This document shows, piece by piece, positions 63,524-64,000 of a stretch of 64,000 bases of DNA. Made by a program: the position numbers and the translations under genes. The notes beneath the pieces are model-generated. The model searched no databases. It saw only the letters and a program-made list of their open reading frames with translations, and was not told where the DNA came from. Position 1 is the stretch's first letter, and every line of letters begins with the position of its first letter. This DNA comes from Gnetum montanum (lineage: Eukaryota; Plantae; Gnetophyta). The DNA lies in contig MNCI01003076.1 of NCBI GenBank assembly GCA_015680685.1, positions 19,389 to 83,388 on the forward strand, in the 5' to 3' direction.

Positions 63524-63935
63524 TTATGAATCAACTTCCAAGTCCCCATCTTGAATTAAAATATGGAATGAACGGACGATCACCGAAATGGCATTTATTA
63601 CCAACAATGTATCCTGCAGAGCTCGTGGATGGATTGAGACCGGATGGTTTAAAAGATTGCTTGACAGCAATTTGGAACACGATGTTCCACGTTCTTAAAG
63701 AAGTCAAATGCAACTGTCATAGTTAATTACAATCTGAATGAAATTGTATTCGTACTTGTAAATAAAATTAAAAATTGCATGACCTTAGAAATCTTGCATT
63801 CTCGCAACGGTCCCTAATACAAGAACCAAACTGTCCCGTACCGTGAAAATTGGTTTATAAAGCATTGGTCCTGCCAGATACTCTATAATACGGGAACGGA
63901 CATGATCAAGCATGATTGCCAAAGCAGATCCGACC
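63524..63935 (-). CDS. 3'-terminal two exons of an unidentified protein-coding gene extending beyond the window
   Basis: Exon 63935-63842 (CGCAG|...|GTACGG; VGSALAIMLDHVRSRIIEYLAGPMLYKPIFT) splices in frame over a 228-bp GT-AG intron to exon 63613-63524 (TGCAG|DTLLVINAISVIVRSFHILIQDGDLEVDS*). Product not recognised. Confidence 0.65.
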
Positions 63936-64000
63936 CTGCGTGAAATTCAGTGCTTGAATCAATAGAATGCTTAAAAGAATTGTAAAACATGGGATTCAGT

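Noticed and set aside
63526-63726. ORF-track ORFs 63526-63726 (+) and 63531-63713 (-)
   Set aside because: Alternative frames overlapping the better-supported spliced - strand exon 63613-63524.

Overview
Eukaryotic, AT-rich land-plant genomic DNA; no prokaryotic features. 1-4565: a tandem and partly inverted array of a small non-coding LTR retroelement (TRIM-like; ~450-480 bp LTRs, ~610 bp interior, tRNA-iMet-type PBS). ~6270-39800: a nest of degenerate Ty3/gypsy elements. It comprises three gag-only Athila-like derivatives with tRNA-Asp-type PBS, a solo LTR, a CRM-like chromovirus integrase/LTR fragment, an L1 ORF1 remnant, and one ~12.2 kb Athila-like element (gag, protease, RT, integrase, env-like ORF; RNase H deleted). 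44550-63189 (+): an intact 17-exon ZINC INDUCED FACILITATOR-LIKE (ZIFL) MFS transporter gene, 506 aa by manual splicing, with introns expanded by LINE, SINE and tandem-repeat insertions. 63524-63935 (-): the last two exons of an unidentified convergent gene that the ORF track misses. One N gap (8111-8764) and several single-N scaffolding artefacts are present. I found no clearly new biological system; the most unusual items are the TRIM array, the gag-only Athila family, and possible 5'UTR intron/uORF control of ZIFL.
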